From positions 4,345 through 68,344 of the forward strand of contig JAEOTP010000043.1 of NCBI GenBank assembly GCA_016839765.1: a DNA stretch of 64,000 nt, read 5' to 3'. Within the stretch, counting starts at the first letter, position 1, and the number at the start of each line of letters is the position of its first letter. This document shows positions 1 through 9,089 of this stretch, in pieces. Origin of the DNA: Promethearchaeota archaeon (lineage in GTDB: Archaea; Asgardarchaeota; Lokiarchaeia; Sigyniarchaeales; SOKP01). The notes beneath the pieces are model-generated. The model searched no databases. It worked only from the letters and a program-made list of their open reading frames with translations, and had not been told where the DNA came from. The position numbers were made by a program, and so were the translations under genes.

Positions 1-363
1 ACTTAAAACAATCGTATAGAGTATAAGGACATCAAACTCAGTACCATGTAATGCAGTTAACCTTATTTGAATTTCTTGATATAATTCTTGTAAATGGTTC
101 TCATCTAAACCCTTTATATCCTTGAAAGGCTTAAAGAATTTTAAATATTTTTGCTCTAAAAATAGATCTATATTTTTGATGAATAAATCTTTAAACCTTT
201 TAACAATTAAACCAGAATTTCTTATTTTTAATGATACCTCAGGAGTTCTTCCAATAATGGTATCACTACCACTTAAATAAAATTGTTGCTCAATAAGGTT
301 ATCCGTAGCGTTATAGAGTTTTTTTAATTTCATATTTTTTTTTAGAACACTCAAATATCTCAT
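1..363 (-). CDS. Hypothetical protein, partial (runs off the window start)
   Basis: Manual translation from ATG at 363 (MRYLSVLKKNMKLKKLYNATDNLIEQQFYLSGSDTIIGRTPEV...) is open to base 1; alternative ATG at 333. Confidence 0.6.
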   Translation of the reverse strand, partial: MRYLSVLKKNMKLKKLYNATDNLIEQQFYLSGSDTIIGRTPEVSLKIRNSGLIVKRFKDLFIKNIDLFLEQKYLKFFKPFKDIKGLDENHLQELYQEIQIRLTALHGTEFDVLILYTIVLS

Positions 364-576
364 TTCCAGTTTTTTCGGATATATTTACTAAAATATTAAT
401 CTTAATTCACTGATTTAATTTTTTTGATAGCGATAAGATCTAATATTTCTATTGGTTATAATTCTCTACGATAATATTAATTAGAAAATGATACATGTAT
501 ATCATTAATAAATTATTTCCAAAAAAAACAAATCTAATCCAAGTTTAATTGTAAAAAAAATATTAACAAAAATTAA

Positions 577-2307
577 GTGAAAAAAATGGGATTGAAATTA
601 GCTTCTACAATGGCTATACTTTTCTTGTTTGCAATTATGTATGCTGTAGTATTTGCGATTGGGATTTGGTTCTTACCTTCAGACTGGACTGGATTATTAT
701 TAATGGTCGGTTTTACTATCTTGATTGTACTCTTTCAATATGGGGTATCACCATATATTATACAGTGGATTTATCGAATAGATTGGATTCCATACGAAAA
801 ATTTATTTCAATGTATCCTCATTTAGGTACTGCTGTGGAGAAAGTAGTTGCAATTCAAGGAATTAAATATCCAAGAATGGGGATTATTCATGATTTAAAT
901 CCAAACGCATTCACATTTGGTCACACAAAAAACAACGCAAGATTAGTAATTACTGATGGCATCTTACATTTTCTTGACGAGGATGAACAGACAGCAGTAG
1001 TAGCACACGAATTAGGTCACATAGTACATAGTGATTTTATATTAATGACAATCGTTTTTGCTATTCCATTAATTCTATTAACAATTGCAAGATGGTCTTA
1101 TTATGCTGCACGCTTTTCTGGTAGAGGTTCAAGCAAAAAAGACGAAGGAAGTTATATATTTTTGGCCCTAATTGTTATTGCGGTGTTATCATATATAGCA
1201 TACTATATAGGCTATTTGGTTTCTTTAGTAGTAAGTCGAATTAGAGAATATTATGCGGATCAACATTCTGCAGAACTCACAGAGGATCCTAATACCTTAT
1301 CTACAGCATTGGTAAAAATAGCTTATGGATTATTAATAGGTGAATCAAAGGAAGAAGTTATTGAGAAAAAAAAATCCAGAGTATGGGCACTTCGGGGATT
1401 AGGTATCTTTGATCCTAAAAAAGCACATCATTTTGCAGCTCAAGGTATTGGTCCTTCAGGAAAGTATTCTAAGAATGCAATTCAAGCTGTGGCAGCTTGG
1501 GATTTATTTAATCCTTGGGCTAAATATTTTCAACTATATAGCACACATCCCTTACCAGCAAAAAGAATCCAAAGATTAAATGATCAATGTGCGATCTATG
1601 GAAAATCTGTGGAAATAGATTTTTCTGAAGCTAGAAAAATTAAAGAGGAACAAGTAGGCAAATCTCTGATTGGTGAGTTTCTTACAGATATATTTATTAA
1701 ATCCTTACCCACAATCGTTTTCATAGTTCTAATCGCATTAAGTGCGGTTTGGTTATTTGCATACCTAGGATGGCTAAATATTGGAACATTAGCATCTCTT
1801 AGTAATCTAACTCTTATGTGGGCTACCGGATTCTTTGTAATGGGGATTAGTTCCATATTGAGAACTGCATTTATGTATAGAAAGGGTTTTGAACCTGCTA
1901 CTACGCTTGATCTAAAAACTGTGATTAATGTTTCACCTGTACGCCCTATTCCTGCCATTATTGAAGGAACTATCATTGGAAAAGGGGTACCGGGGTATTT
2001 CCTTAGCGATGATTTATATTTTCAAGACGATACTGGATTACTGTATATCGATTATAGATTTGGTTTAAGCATTGTCGATTTCTTCTGGGCAATTACAAAA
2101 GTTAATAGATTAATAGGACAACGAGTTAGAATTAAAGGATGGTATCGAAGAGGTCCTGCCCCCTATCTGCAGATTGATACACTAGAAACTGAAACTGGTA
2201 AACGTCATCGAAATTATTCAAAACATATGACATATATCCTTGCTGTTGTATTTTTTATCATAAGTGCATTAATCTTCTACTACTGGTTTACCACTTTCTT
2301 CTTTTAA
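577..2307 (+). CDS. htpX: HtpX-like M48 zinc metalloprotease with C-terminal membrane/OB-fold-like extension
   Basis: PNAFTFG, HELGH zincin motif, SRIREYYAD, STHP motifs; several TM helices; likely ATG start at 586. Confidence 0.85.
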   Translation: MKKMGLKLASTMAILFLFAIMYAVVFAIGIWFLPSDWTGLLLMVGFTILIVLFQYGVSPYIIQWIYRIDWIPYEKFISMYPHLGTAVEKVVAIQGIKYPRMGIIHDLNPNAFTFGHTKNNARLVITDGILHFLDEDEQTAVVAHELGHIVHSDFILMTIVFAIPLILLTIARWSYYAARFSGRGSSKKDEGSYIFLALIVIAVLSYIAYYIGYLVSLVVSRIREYYADQHSAELTEDPNTLSTALVKIAYGLLIGESKEEVIEKKKSRVWALRGLGIFDPKKAHHFAAQGIGPSGKYSKNAIQAVAAWDLFNPWAKYFQLYSTHPLPAKRIQRLNDQCAIYGKSVEIDFSEARKIKEEQVGKSLIGEFLTDIFIKSLPTIVFIVLIALSAVWLFAYLGWLNIGTLASLSNLTLMWATGFFVMGISSILRTAFMYRKGFEPATTLDLKTVINVSPVRPIPAIIEGTIIGKGVPGYFLSDDLYFQDDTGLLYIDYRFGLSIVDFFWAITKVNRLIGQRVRIKGWYRRGPAPYLQIDTLETETGKRHRNYSKHMTYILAVVFFIISALIFYYWFTTFFF

Positions 2308-2405
2308 ATTAATCCAAATTTTTTTATTCTTTTTTATTTTTAAAAATTTAAATAATTCATTACAACAAGTCTTAAATTATTAAATAGAATTAATCAATAT
2401 TAAGA

Positions 2406-3650
2406 ATGACAGTTTCTAATAATAAGGATGTTGAGTTAATGGCACCACTAAAGAATTTCAAGTCTTTAAATGCTGTAATTGGAAAAGCTGATGCTGTTTA
2501 TTTTGGTGTTGAATCCTTTAATATGAGAATGTTCAGTGATAATTTCAAATTAGAAGACCTAAAGAAAATTGTAAGAGTTTGTCATGATAATCATATTAAT
2601 GCTTATCTAACTACTAATGTAATAATCTATGAAAATGAGATTGAAATATTAGATTCAATTTTAGATAAAGCAGTAGACGCCAATATTGACGCAGTTATCG
2701 TTCATGATATTGGAGCAATTCAATTAGTTAAAGAAAAAGGACTTGAATTCCATATTTCTACGCAAGCTAGCATTTCTAATTCTTACTCAGCAAGATTTTA
2801 CGAATCCCTAGGGGCAAAAAGATTAATTTTAGCACGAGAGTTGTCCTTAGAGCAAATTAGAGAGATAAAAAATGAACTACAGGTCGCTGAAATAGAAACC
2901 TTTATTCATGGAGCTCAATGTACTTCGATTTCTGGTAGATGCTATTTTTCTGCAGAATTATGTCAATCTCAAGATTACTCAGCTAATCGCGGTAGATGTG
3001 TCCAACCCTGTCGAAGAAAGTGGCGTGTTATTGACGATCAGAATAATGAATTGCTCTACGATGGCGTTTTCTTTATCAATACTAAAGATCTTTGTATGAT
3101 TGAGCATATACCTAAATTAATCGAAGCTAAGATTGATGCTTTTAAAATTGAGGGAAGAATGAGAGATCCAATCTATATTGAAGAAACTACATCATGTTAC
3201 CGAGAAGCCATTAACGCTTACTATGAAAATACACTTACTCATGAAAAAATCAAAAATTGGTTAAAAAGACTGATTAAAGTATACCATAGGGGTTTTTCAA
3301 CAGGCTTTTACTTTGGTTTACCTACCGGCACTGAAATTCAAAGAGATTTTGATGGTAACGTCTCTCAATACAAGAAAATTGAAATTGGTAAAGTTTTAAA
3401 TTATTATCCAGAAAAAAAGGCGGCAAAAATCCTCTTAACCGCTGATAAATTAAAATTAAATGATGAAATTTTCATTATTGGTACCCATACTGAAACGTAT
3501 ATCAGGCAAAAAATCAAATCTATCCAAATCAAACAGAAAAAAAATTTAACTGAAACACCTTCAATGTCAACTAATAAAGACCGAATTACTGTTGGGATCA
3601 CTGTTGACAAACCAGTAAAGAAAAATGATAAAATATTCAAGCTGATTTAA
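2406..3650 (+). CDS. Peptidase U32 family Fe-S hydroxylase (TrhP/RlhA/UbiU-like)
   Basis: ELMAP, ADAVYFG, HISTQAS, ILARELSL, HGAQC-SISGRC...NRGRCVQPCR cysteine motif, FKIEGR. Confidence 0.85.
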   Translation: MTVSNNKDVELMAPLKNFKSLNAVIGKADAVYFGVESFNMRMFSDNFKLEDLKKIVRVCHDNHINAYLTTNVIIYENEIEILDSILDKAVDANIDAVIVHDIGAIQLVKEKGLEFHISTQASISNSYSARFYESLGAKRLILARELSLEQIREIKNELQVAEIETFIHGAQCTSISGRCYFSAELCQSQDYSANRGRCVQPCRRKWRVIDDQNNELLYDGVFFINTKDLCMIEHIPKLIEAKIDAFKIEGRMRDPIYIEETTSCYREAINAYYENTLTHEKIKNWLKRLIKVYHRGFSTGFYFGLPTGTEIQRDFDGNVSQYKKIEIGKVLNYYPEKKAAKILLTADKLKLNDEIFIIGTHTETYIRQKIKSIQIKQKKNLTETPSMSTNKDRITVGITVDKPVKKNDKIFKLI

Positions 3651-3807
3651 TTATTTTGGATATTAAAAGCTTCTCTTTTGTCAAATAATTTATGGACGAC
3701 TTTAGAACGTACAAAATTGATTAATAATAAATTTAAAAAGAATTAAAAAAAATTAGTATTAGAGAGATATTGTAGAATCTTGGAACCAAATCAACAATTG
3801 AGTGATT

Positions 3808-4236
3808 CTATTCAAGTAAATCTTCATATGCTTCTAAGGCGAGCTCAATAATTTCTTGAAAGGCCATAGCATCTTGAAGATTTCCTTCTACGGTAATATC
3901 TCCAGCCATATAAGCGCTAGTGGCATCTACTTCACCAAAAAGCATACCTGCACCTACTTCTTTAGCGGCTGAGAAAGTAAAGGATGGATTATCGACTTCA
4001 CCCTCCCCAAATTCGAGAGTTCCATCATGTGCTTTTAACCAGAATTTTGCATCAGCATCAGTAATGTTCATCTGGATTGCAATATCCATGTCTTCTAATT
4101 CTTCTTTAAGATCCTCATTCTCTTCAGCAATCTGCTTAAAGAGTTCGAACATTTTAAGAGTATCTTTAACATCAGCCGCCGCTGCACCGGCGTCGATTTT
4201 TCCTTTAATTTCATTTAATAATGCATCATCAACCAT
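3808..4236 (-). CDS. SCP2 sterol/lipid-binding domain protein (acidic, paralog 1)
   Basis: GEVDATSAYMAGDITVEGNLQDAM matches the SCP2 C-terminal signature; SD-like AGGTTGA upstream. Confidence 0.85.
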   Translation of the reverse strand: MVDDALLNEIKGKIDAGAAAADVKDTLKMFELFKQIAEENEDLKEELEDMDIAIQMNITDADAKFWLKAHDGTLEFGEGEVDNPSFTFSAAKEVGAGMLFGEVDATSAYMAGDITVEGNLQDAMAFQEIIELALEAYEDLLE

Positions 4237-4540
4237 TTTAATTTATCAACCTTTCCTTTTAATTTCGTATTTAATTCAATTTGTAGTATAAAGAAATACT
4301 ATTAATTATAACTTTTTACTACATAAAAAGGTTTTATTTCTTCTAATATATAAATCTTTAAACATTGAAATTTTAACTTATTCTCAATTTTTGTTAAAAA
4401 TGTAAATTAATTTAGAGTAAGTTTTCATAATTTATTTAAGATGGTCAAGTAAGTATCTTAAATTGTACAAAAAAAATGTAAAATATAAAATAAAAAATGT
4501 TTTAGTTAATTTTTAATATGGGTATTGAGGTACGCTTATT

Positions 4541-4969
4541 CTAATCTGTAAGATCTTCAAAAGCTTCAATAGCTAATTCAATAATTTCTTGAAAAGCCAT
4601 AGCATCTTGAAGATTTCCTTCTACGGTAATATCTCCAGCCATGTAAGCGCTAGTAGCATCAACTTCTCCAAATAATAATCCTAAAGCAACCTCTTTATTA
4701 GCAGAAAATGTGAAGGATGGATTATCCGTTTCACCCTCCCCATACTCAAGGATGCCGTCGTGAGCCTTCATCCAGGCTTTTGAGTCCACATCAGTGACAA
4801 TCATTTGGACAGTTATATCCATGTCCTCTAGTTCTTCTTTTAAGTCCTCATTTTCTTCCGCAACTTGCTTGAAGAGTTCGTACATTTTCAAGGCAAAGCT
4901 AATATCAGTCGCAGCAGCTCCTGCGTCTAATTTTTCCTTAACTTCCTTAATTAATGCTTCATCTACCAT
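4541..4969 (-). CDS. SCP2 sterol/lipid-binding domain protein (acidic, paralog 2)
   Basis: Same length as and highly similar to 3808..4236; SD-like GAGGTTGA upstream. Confidence 0.85.
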   Translation of the reverse strand: MVDEALIKEVKEKLDAGAAATDISFALKMYELFKQVAEENEDLKEELEDMDITVQMIVTDVDSKAWMKAHDGILEYGEGETDNPSFTFSANKEVALGLLFGEVDATSAYMAGDITVEGNLQDAMAFQEIIELAIEAFEDLTD

Positions 4970-5161
4970 TTTGGTTTTTCAACCTCTTTTGTGTGTTAAC
5001 CCTTTTTAATCTTGAATTTTATGTTTTGAATTTTATTAAATATGGTGATTTAAATAATGCGTTTTGATTTAAAAAACTTTGAACTTTTAATGAAGTTTTA
5101 GCAAAAAGTTTTAATTGATAATTTTCAATAGATTGGATAAAGTATAGAATAAAAATTAAAA

Positions 5162-5239
5162 TGGCGCCCACAGCGGGATTTGAACCCGCGTCGCAGGAGT
5201 GACAGTCCCGAATGCTAGACCGGGCTACACTATGTGGGC
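5162..5239 (-). tRNA. tRNA-Asp(GTC), CCA encoded
   Basis: Reverse complement GCCCACATAGTGTAGCCCGGTCTAGCATTCGGGACTGTCACTCCTGCGACGCGGGTTCAAATCCCGCTGTGGGCGCCA forms a cloverleaf with anticodon GTC. Confidence 0.95.
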
Positions 5240-5485
5240 TTAATTTATAATGCTATATCAGAAGAAATAAAGAAAACTATAAAAATTTTATTCTCGTATT
5301 TTGCTGTTAGGTAGATGAATAAAAAAAGTTAATAAAGATGATGATTAATTTTTCTTAAAAAATTTGACAGTTTAATTATAGAAGAAACAAAAATATTTAG
5401 AGAAGAACAAATAATTAAGTGTTTAAAGATAATCAATTATAGGTATAAGAAATTTTGATATAACAATAATAACTTTCATAGAATA

Positions 5486-5920
5486 ATGGCTAATCACGAT
5501 CCTATTAATTCTTTATTGGATATTTTAGAAAAAGATGCGTCTCAATTTGTAAGAGTATTAGATAGAATTATAAAGATTGGGGTAAAAATCTTCAATTCAA
5601 CTGAAGAACTCCAAGAAGAATTGCTAGGATTTGATGATATTTACCAAACATACATTACAGATATGGATTTCAATTACTGGCTCAAAGTTACTAATGGGAA
5701 AATTGAATATAAAAGGGGTGTCAATCCAGATGCTCCATTTAAGATGAATTATACAAAGGATATGATAATTAAGATTCTTAAAAGAGAAATTAGTGGAACT
5801 GATGCATTCATGAGAGGAGAGATTAATGTCGAAGGAAGCCTAACTCAAGGTTTAAGGTATATAAAACTATTTCGTACTTTTTTTAAATATGTACAAAATA
5901 GGAATAATTCTAGTAGTTAA
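5486..5920 (+). CDS. SCP2 sterol/lipid-binding domain protein
   Basis: REISGTDAFMRGEINVEGSL SCP2 signature; ELQEEL..D..YQ segment parallels the two upstream paralogs. Confidence 0.8.
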   Translation: MANHDPINSLLDILEKDASQFVRVLDRIIKIGVKIFNSTEELQEELLGFDDIYQTYITDMDFNYWLKVTNGKIEYKRGVNPDAPFKMNYTKDMIIKILKREISGTDAFMRGEINVEGSLTQGLRYIKLFRTFFKYVQNRNNSSS

Positions 5921-6040
5921 AAGATTCTTATCATCGCTATATTATATCGTAATATATAGAACGAATTTTTAAATGATCATAAGTTAAATGATATTACAAT
6001 CCCTAATATTAAAATTTAATCTGGAAGTTGACTTTAAGAT

Positions 6041-6481
6041 ATGACAACTGACACGAAAGTACTTTATTCAATGTTGCATACACTTGAATTAGCTGATGAT
6101 GCATTTAAGACGAATATTGATAAATTAATTAACATAGGTATAAAGATCGCTAATAAATCAAGAGATTTTCAGGATGAATTAAGATTATTTGGTGATATTC
6201 TTTTCCACCTTTATTTAAAAGATATCGATTTTAATATTTGGATTAATAATTCAGATGGAAGTTTAGCATATAATACTAGTTTTTATGAGCCCGAATCTGA
6301 AAATACGAGGACAATTCATTTTATTCTTACTAAAAATATATTAAAAAAAATATTCACTAAAGATTTGGATGCCGCAGAGGCTTATATGAAAGGTTTAATT
6401 GAATTTGAAGGAAGATTCTCGGATGCAATGATAGCAAAAAACATATTAAAGACTTATTTTTACTATCTGGAACATATTTAA
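6041..6481 (+). CDS. SCP2 sterol/lipid-binding domain protein (divergent)
   Basis: KDLDAAEAYMKGLIEFEGRFSDAM SCP2 signature. Confidence 0.75.
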   Translation: MTTDTKVLYSMLHTLELADDAFKTNIDKLINIGIKIANKSRDFQDELRLFGDILFHLYLKDIDFNIWINNSDGSLAYNTSFYEPESENTRTIHFILTKNILKKIFTKDLDAAEAYMKGLIEFEGRFSDAMIAKNILKTYFYYLEHI

Positions 6482-6554
6482 TCAGTTTATTTCTGATTAT
6501 AAAAAAATTTTTTAGAGATAGTATATGATAATATTCATAGATTCTTAATTTTTA

Positions 6555-6659
6555 GGGCCTATAATCTAGTCTGGATTTGATTTTCCATTCATGAAAATTG
6601 ACAGAAAGGGTGCCCGGCTTCGGACTGGGATGTCGCAGGTTCAAATCCTGCTAGGCCCG
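6555..6659 (+). tRNA. tRNA-Arg(TCG) with a ~32-nt D-loop intron (about 6576..6607)
   Basis: Acceptor GGGCCTA/TAGGCCC, anticodon arm CCCGG-CTTCGGA-CTGGG, T arm GCAGG-TTCAAAT-CCTGC; extra hairpin in the D-loop. Confidence 0.85.
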
Positions 6660-6675
6660 CTCTTTTATTACTCTT

Positions 6676-6783
6676 TTAAAAGGAAAGTACAATAAATATG
6701 TAAGCTAAATAAATATCTATAATTGAAACTATTAGACTAATTATACCGGCAATTAAAGCTATTATACCAAGTGTTTTACCCAT
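6676..6783 (-). CDS. Small hydrophobic peptide (35 aa), possibly a truncated paralog of 38244..38537
   Basis: MGKTLGIIALIAGIISLIVSIIDIYLAYIFIVLSF; N-terminus and upstream DNA resemble the gene at 38244 (MGKALGVVALI). Confidence 0.5.
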   Translation of the reverse strand: MGKTLGIIALIAGIISLIVSIIDIYLAYIFIVLSF

Positions 6784-6933
6784 ATTTATTTCTCTATGGA
6801 TTTCTTTTTTTTTTAATTTAATAATTTATAGTGTTAGTAATAGAACTACTAATTTTCTTTTGAATCTAATAATCTATAAGGATTATACTTAAATGTTAAG
6901 CTGATCCAAAAAGTTATAAAAAAGATATGAAAA

Positions 6934-7113
6934 ATGCGTGTAATTATCGTTTATAAATCTTCCAGCTCTTTTTTATGGTTGGTGTTCCGGAAAAAAGGGG
7001 TTCTAATCAATAATTTTCGATTAGATACAGGTAAAGAATCAGTTTTTCTATCATATCCTGATTTTGAACCATATAGAAAAATTCTACTAAAAAACAAAAA
7101 GAGTAAGAGATAA
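6934..7113 (+). CDS. Possible small hypothetical protein (59 aa)
   Basis: Manual ORF MRVIIVYKSSSSFLWLVFRKKGVLINNFRLDTGKESVFLSYPDFEPYRKILLKNKKSKR; TATA-like TTATAAA just upstream; no homology recognised. Confidence 0.35.
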   Translation: MRVIIVYKSSSSFLWLVFRKKGVLINNFRLDTGKESVFLSYPDFEPYRKILLKNKKSKR

Positions 7114-7177
7114 TTTATGAAACTCAACTACTAATTCTTATAAAATAATAGGAAAAAAAGTTTATAACAAAAGAAAT

Positions 7178-7201
7178 ATTGAGATTTTCTAAAATCTCAA
7201 T
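7178..7201. repeat. Perfect 11-bp inverted repeat
   Basis: ATTGAGATTTT-CT-AAAATCTCAAT. Confidence 0.6.
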
Positions 7202-7487
7202 TTTATTTCCAAATGAGATTTGAACTTACTATTTAAATCCTTTCCTAACAATAATTCCCAAAATTGCTCAATTATTTCTCCAACGTCAGAATAATATTGG
7301 AGATTTAGCCTCTCTTCTGAATTGTGAGACTTTGAATTATAAAAATTATAAAGATTTTCAATAAAATCAGAATATTCTTTTGAATTGAGTAGGTTATTTA
7401 TAAAATCTATAGAATTTAATTGAATTTTTTCTTTTTTCTAAATTGGCTTATATAATGTTCTAAATTGAAATCTATCATTTGTTCCAT
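7189..7487 (-). pseudogene. Frameshifted hypothetical gene (~100 aa if shifted -1 at A_AAA_AAG)
   Basis: SD AGGGGA + ATG at 7487 stops after 23 codons; the -1 frame is open from 7437 to TAG at 7189 with no early start codon of its own. Confidence 0.4.
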
Positions 7488-7811
7488 ATAAATATCCCCT
7501 GTTTTAGATTATTTTTAATTAATGAGTTTTTTATAACAAATAATGAAAAATAAGAAAATTATATAAAATTAATTTTCCTTTAAATATACGATTTCCTATT
7601 ATGTACGGGTGAAACAGAATAGAAATAATATTTAAATATTTAAATTCAATTAAAATTTTAAACAATTAATAAAAAGTGATTAACACAAATCATTTTGATT
7701 TTTTGTACACAAATAGATATTATTAACACAAAAGTTTATAAATATGAATATGATATTTATTTGTTAGCAAACAAAAAAAATTATTTACACAATAATAATC
7801 CTTAAAAAATT

Positions 7812-8612
7812 ATGATTGTTGTAGAAAGCTCCATTCCCGAAATAATTGAGAGTTATCATCCTCTAGAAATGTTGGGGTTAGGCTTGGTATCTATAAAATT
7901 GAGAAATCATAATGTAATTTTTCGCAAAGGGATTGGAACCCCTCTCCTAAATAAATTGATTAAAGTTTATAAAAAACAGATCATTGAAATAAAAGAAGGT
8001 AAAATTATCGAATTGGTAGGTAGTTTTACTGTTTATATTCACTTTTATGAATTAGAAAGAGAAATTGTTGCCATTTTCTATGTGAACGAAAAGGATAAAT
8101 TAATAAAATATGAGGAGTTATGTTCAATTTCTAATATATTGTTGAGATGTTATTGTTCTAATGTTTCAGATTTAGAACTGAATCGTATTTGTAATAAAAT
8201 AATCCCCTGTGTTAAAGGAATTTCTGCTCTATTTATTGTTTATAGTTCTGGACACGCTTTATTTGCAAAAGTTAATAAAGACAAGAAGTTCCTAGCAAAA
8301 AATTATATCCAAGTTAGTGGATTTATTTCAGCAATTTTAGCATTCTCGAAAGAAGTAATAGGAAAAGAATCAGGAGAAAGTCTACAAGCAATTAATTTTG
8401 AAAATGAAAAGTTTTTTGTCCACTTAAGAGGTGATATTATATTTGCATATCTTATTGATAAAAAAAATGAGCCAAAAAATCTTGAAAGATTCATACATTT
8501 AATCGCAGATGAATTTATAGAAAGATTTGATGATAATTTAAAAGATTTTCATGGTGATGTTACCCCTTTTAGTGAGTTCGAAAGAATTGTTGATAACTAC
8601 TTATTAATTTAA
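7812..8612 (+). CDS. Longin/Roadblock-like domain protein
   Basis: C-terminal LFIVYSSGHALF...VSGFISAILAFSKEVIG...LQAINFENEKFFV...IADEFIERF pattern resembles longin-type domains common in Asgard archaea. Confidence 0.55.
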   Translation: MIVVESSIPEIIESYHPLEMLGLGLVSIKLRNHNVIFRKGIGTPLLNKLIKVYKKQIIEIKEGKIIELVGSFTVYIHFYELEREIVAIFYVNEKDKLIKYEELCSISNILLRCYCSNVSDLELNRICNKIIPCVKGISALFIVYSSGHALFAKVNKDKKFLAKNYIQVSGFISAILAFSKEVIGKESGESLQAINFENEKFFVHLRGDIIFAYLIDKKNEPKNLERFIHLIADEFIERFDDNLKDFHGDVTPFSEFERIVDNYLLI

Positions 8613-8732
8613 AAGTATTTCATTTCCAAAGCTCAAATTAAAATGATATAGTTTAACCTATGTATAGATTTTATTGCTTAGATGTTTTTTTAGCAAAAAT
8701 ATATAAGGTTCTGAGATATAAATTATATAGTT

Positions 8733-9089
8733 ATGACGGTTTTAATAGATTTGGACTTAATTTTAAAGAATCTAATAAGTGAGTTAGGATCGTCAGTCTA
8801 TTTTATTCTAATCTCCTCAGAAAATGGAGCTGTTATAAAATCGTATATAAATGAGGAAGAATTCAATAAAGCTTCAATATCACTGAATATATCACAACTT
8901 TATGAGCTAGCTGAAGAGACCGCTGAATCAATCGGCTTACACAATCCAGATTTTAATATTATTCACTCAGATAATTATTACATTTTATCAATTAAAATTC
9001 TTGAAAAATTAATAATACTCTTAACTGTAGATCAAATAAGAGTTAAAGAAGTGTTTAGGATAATTAATAATTCGATAAATCCTCCATAA
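8733..9089 (+). CDS. Roadblock/LC7 (MglB-like) domain protein
   Basis: 118 aa; helix, FILISSENGAVIKS strand pair, long helix, then three strands: typical Roadblock layout. Confidence 0.6.
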   Translation: MTVLIDLDLILKNLISELGSSVYFILISSENGAVIKSYINEEEFNKASISLNISQLYELAEETAESIGLHNPDFNIIHSDNYYILSIKILEKLIILLTVDQIRVKEVFRIINNSINPP

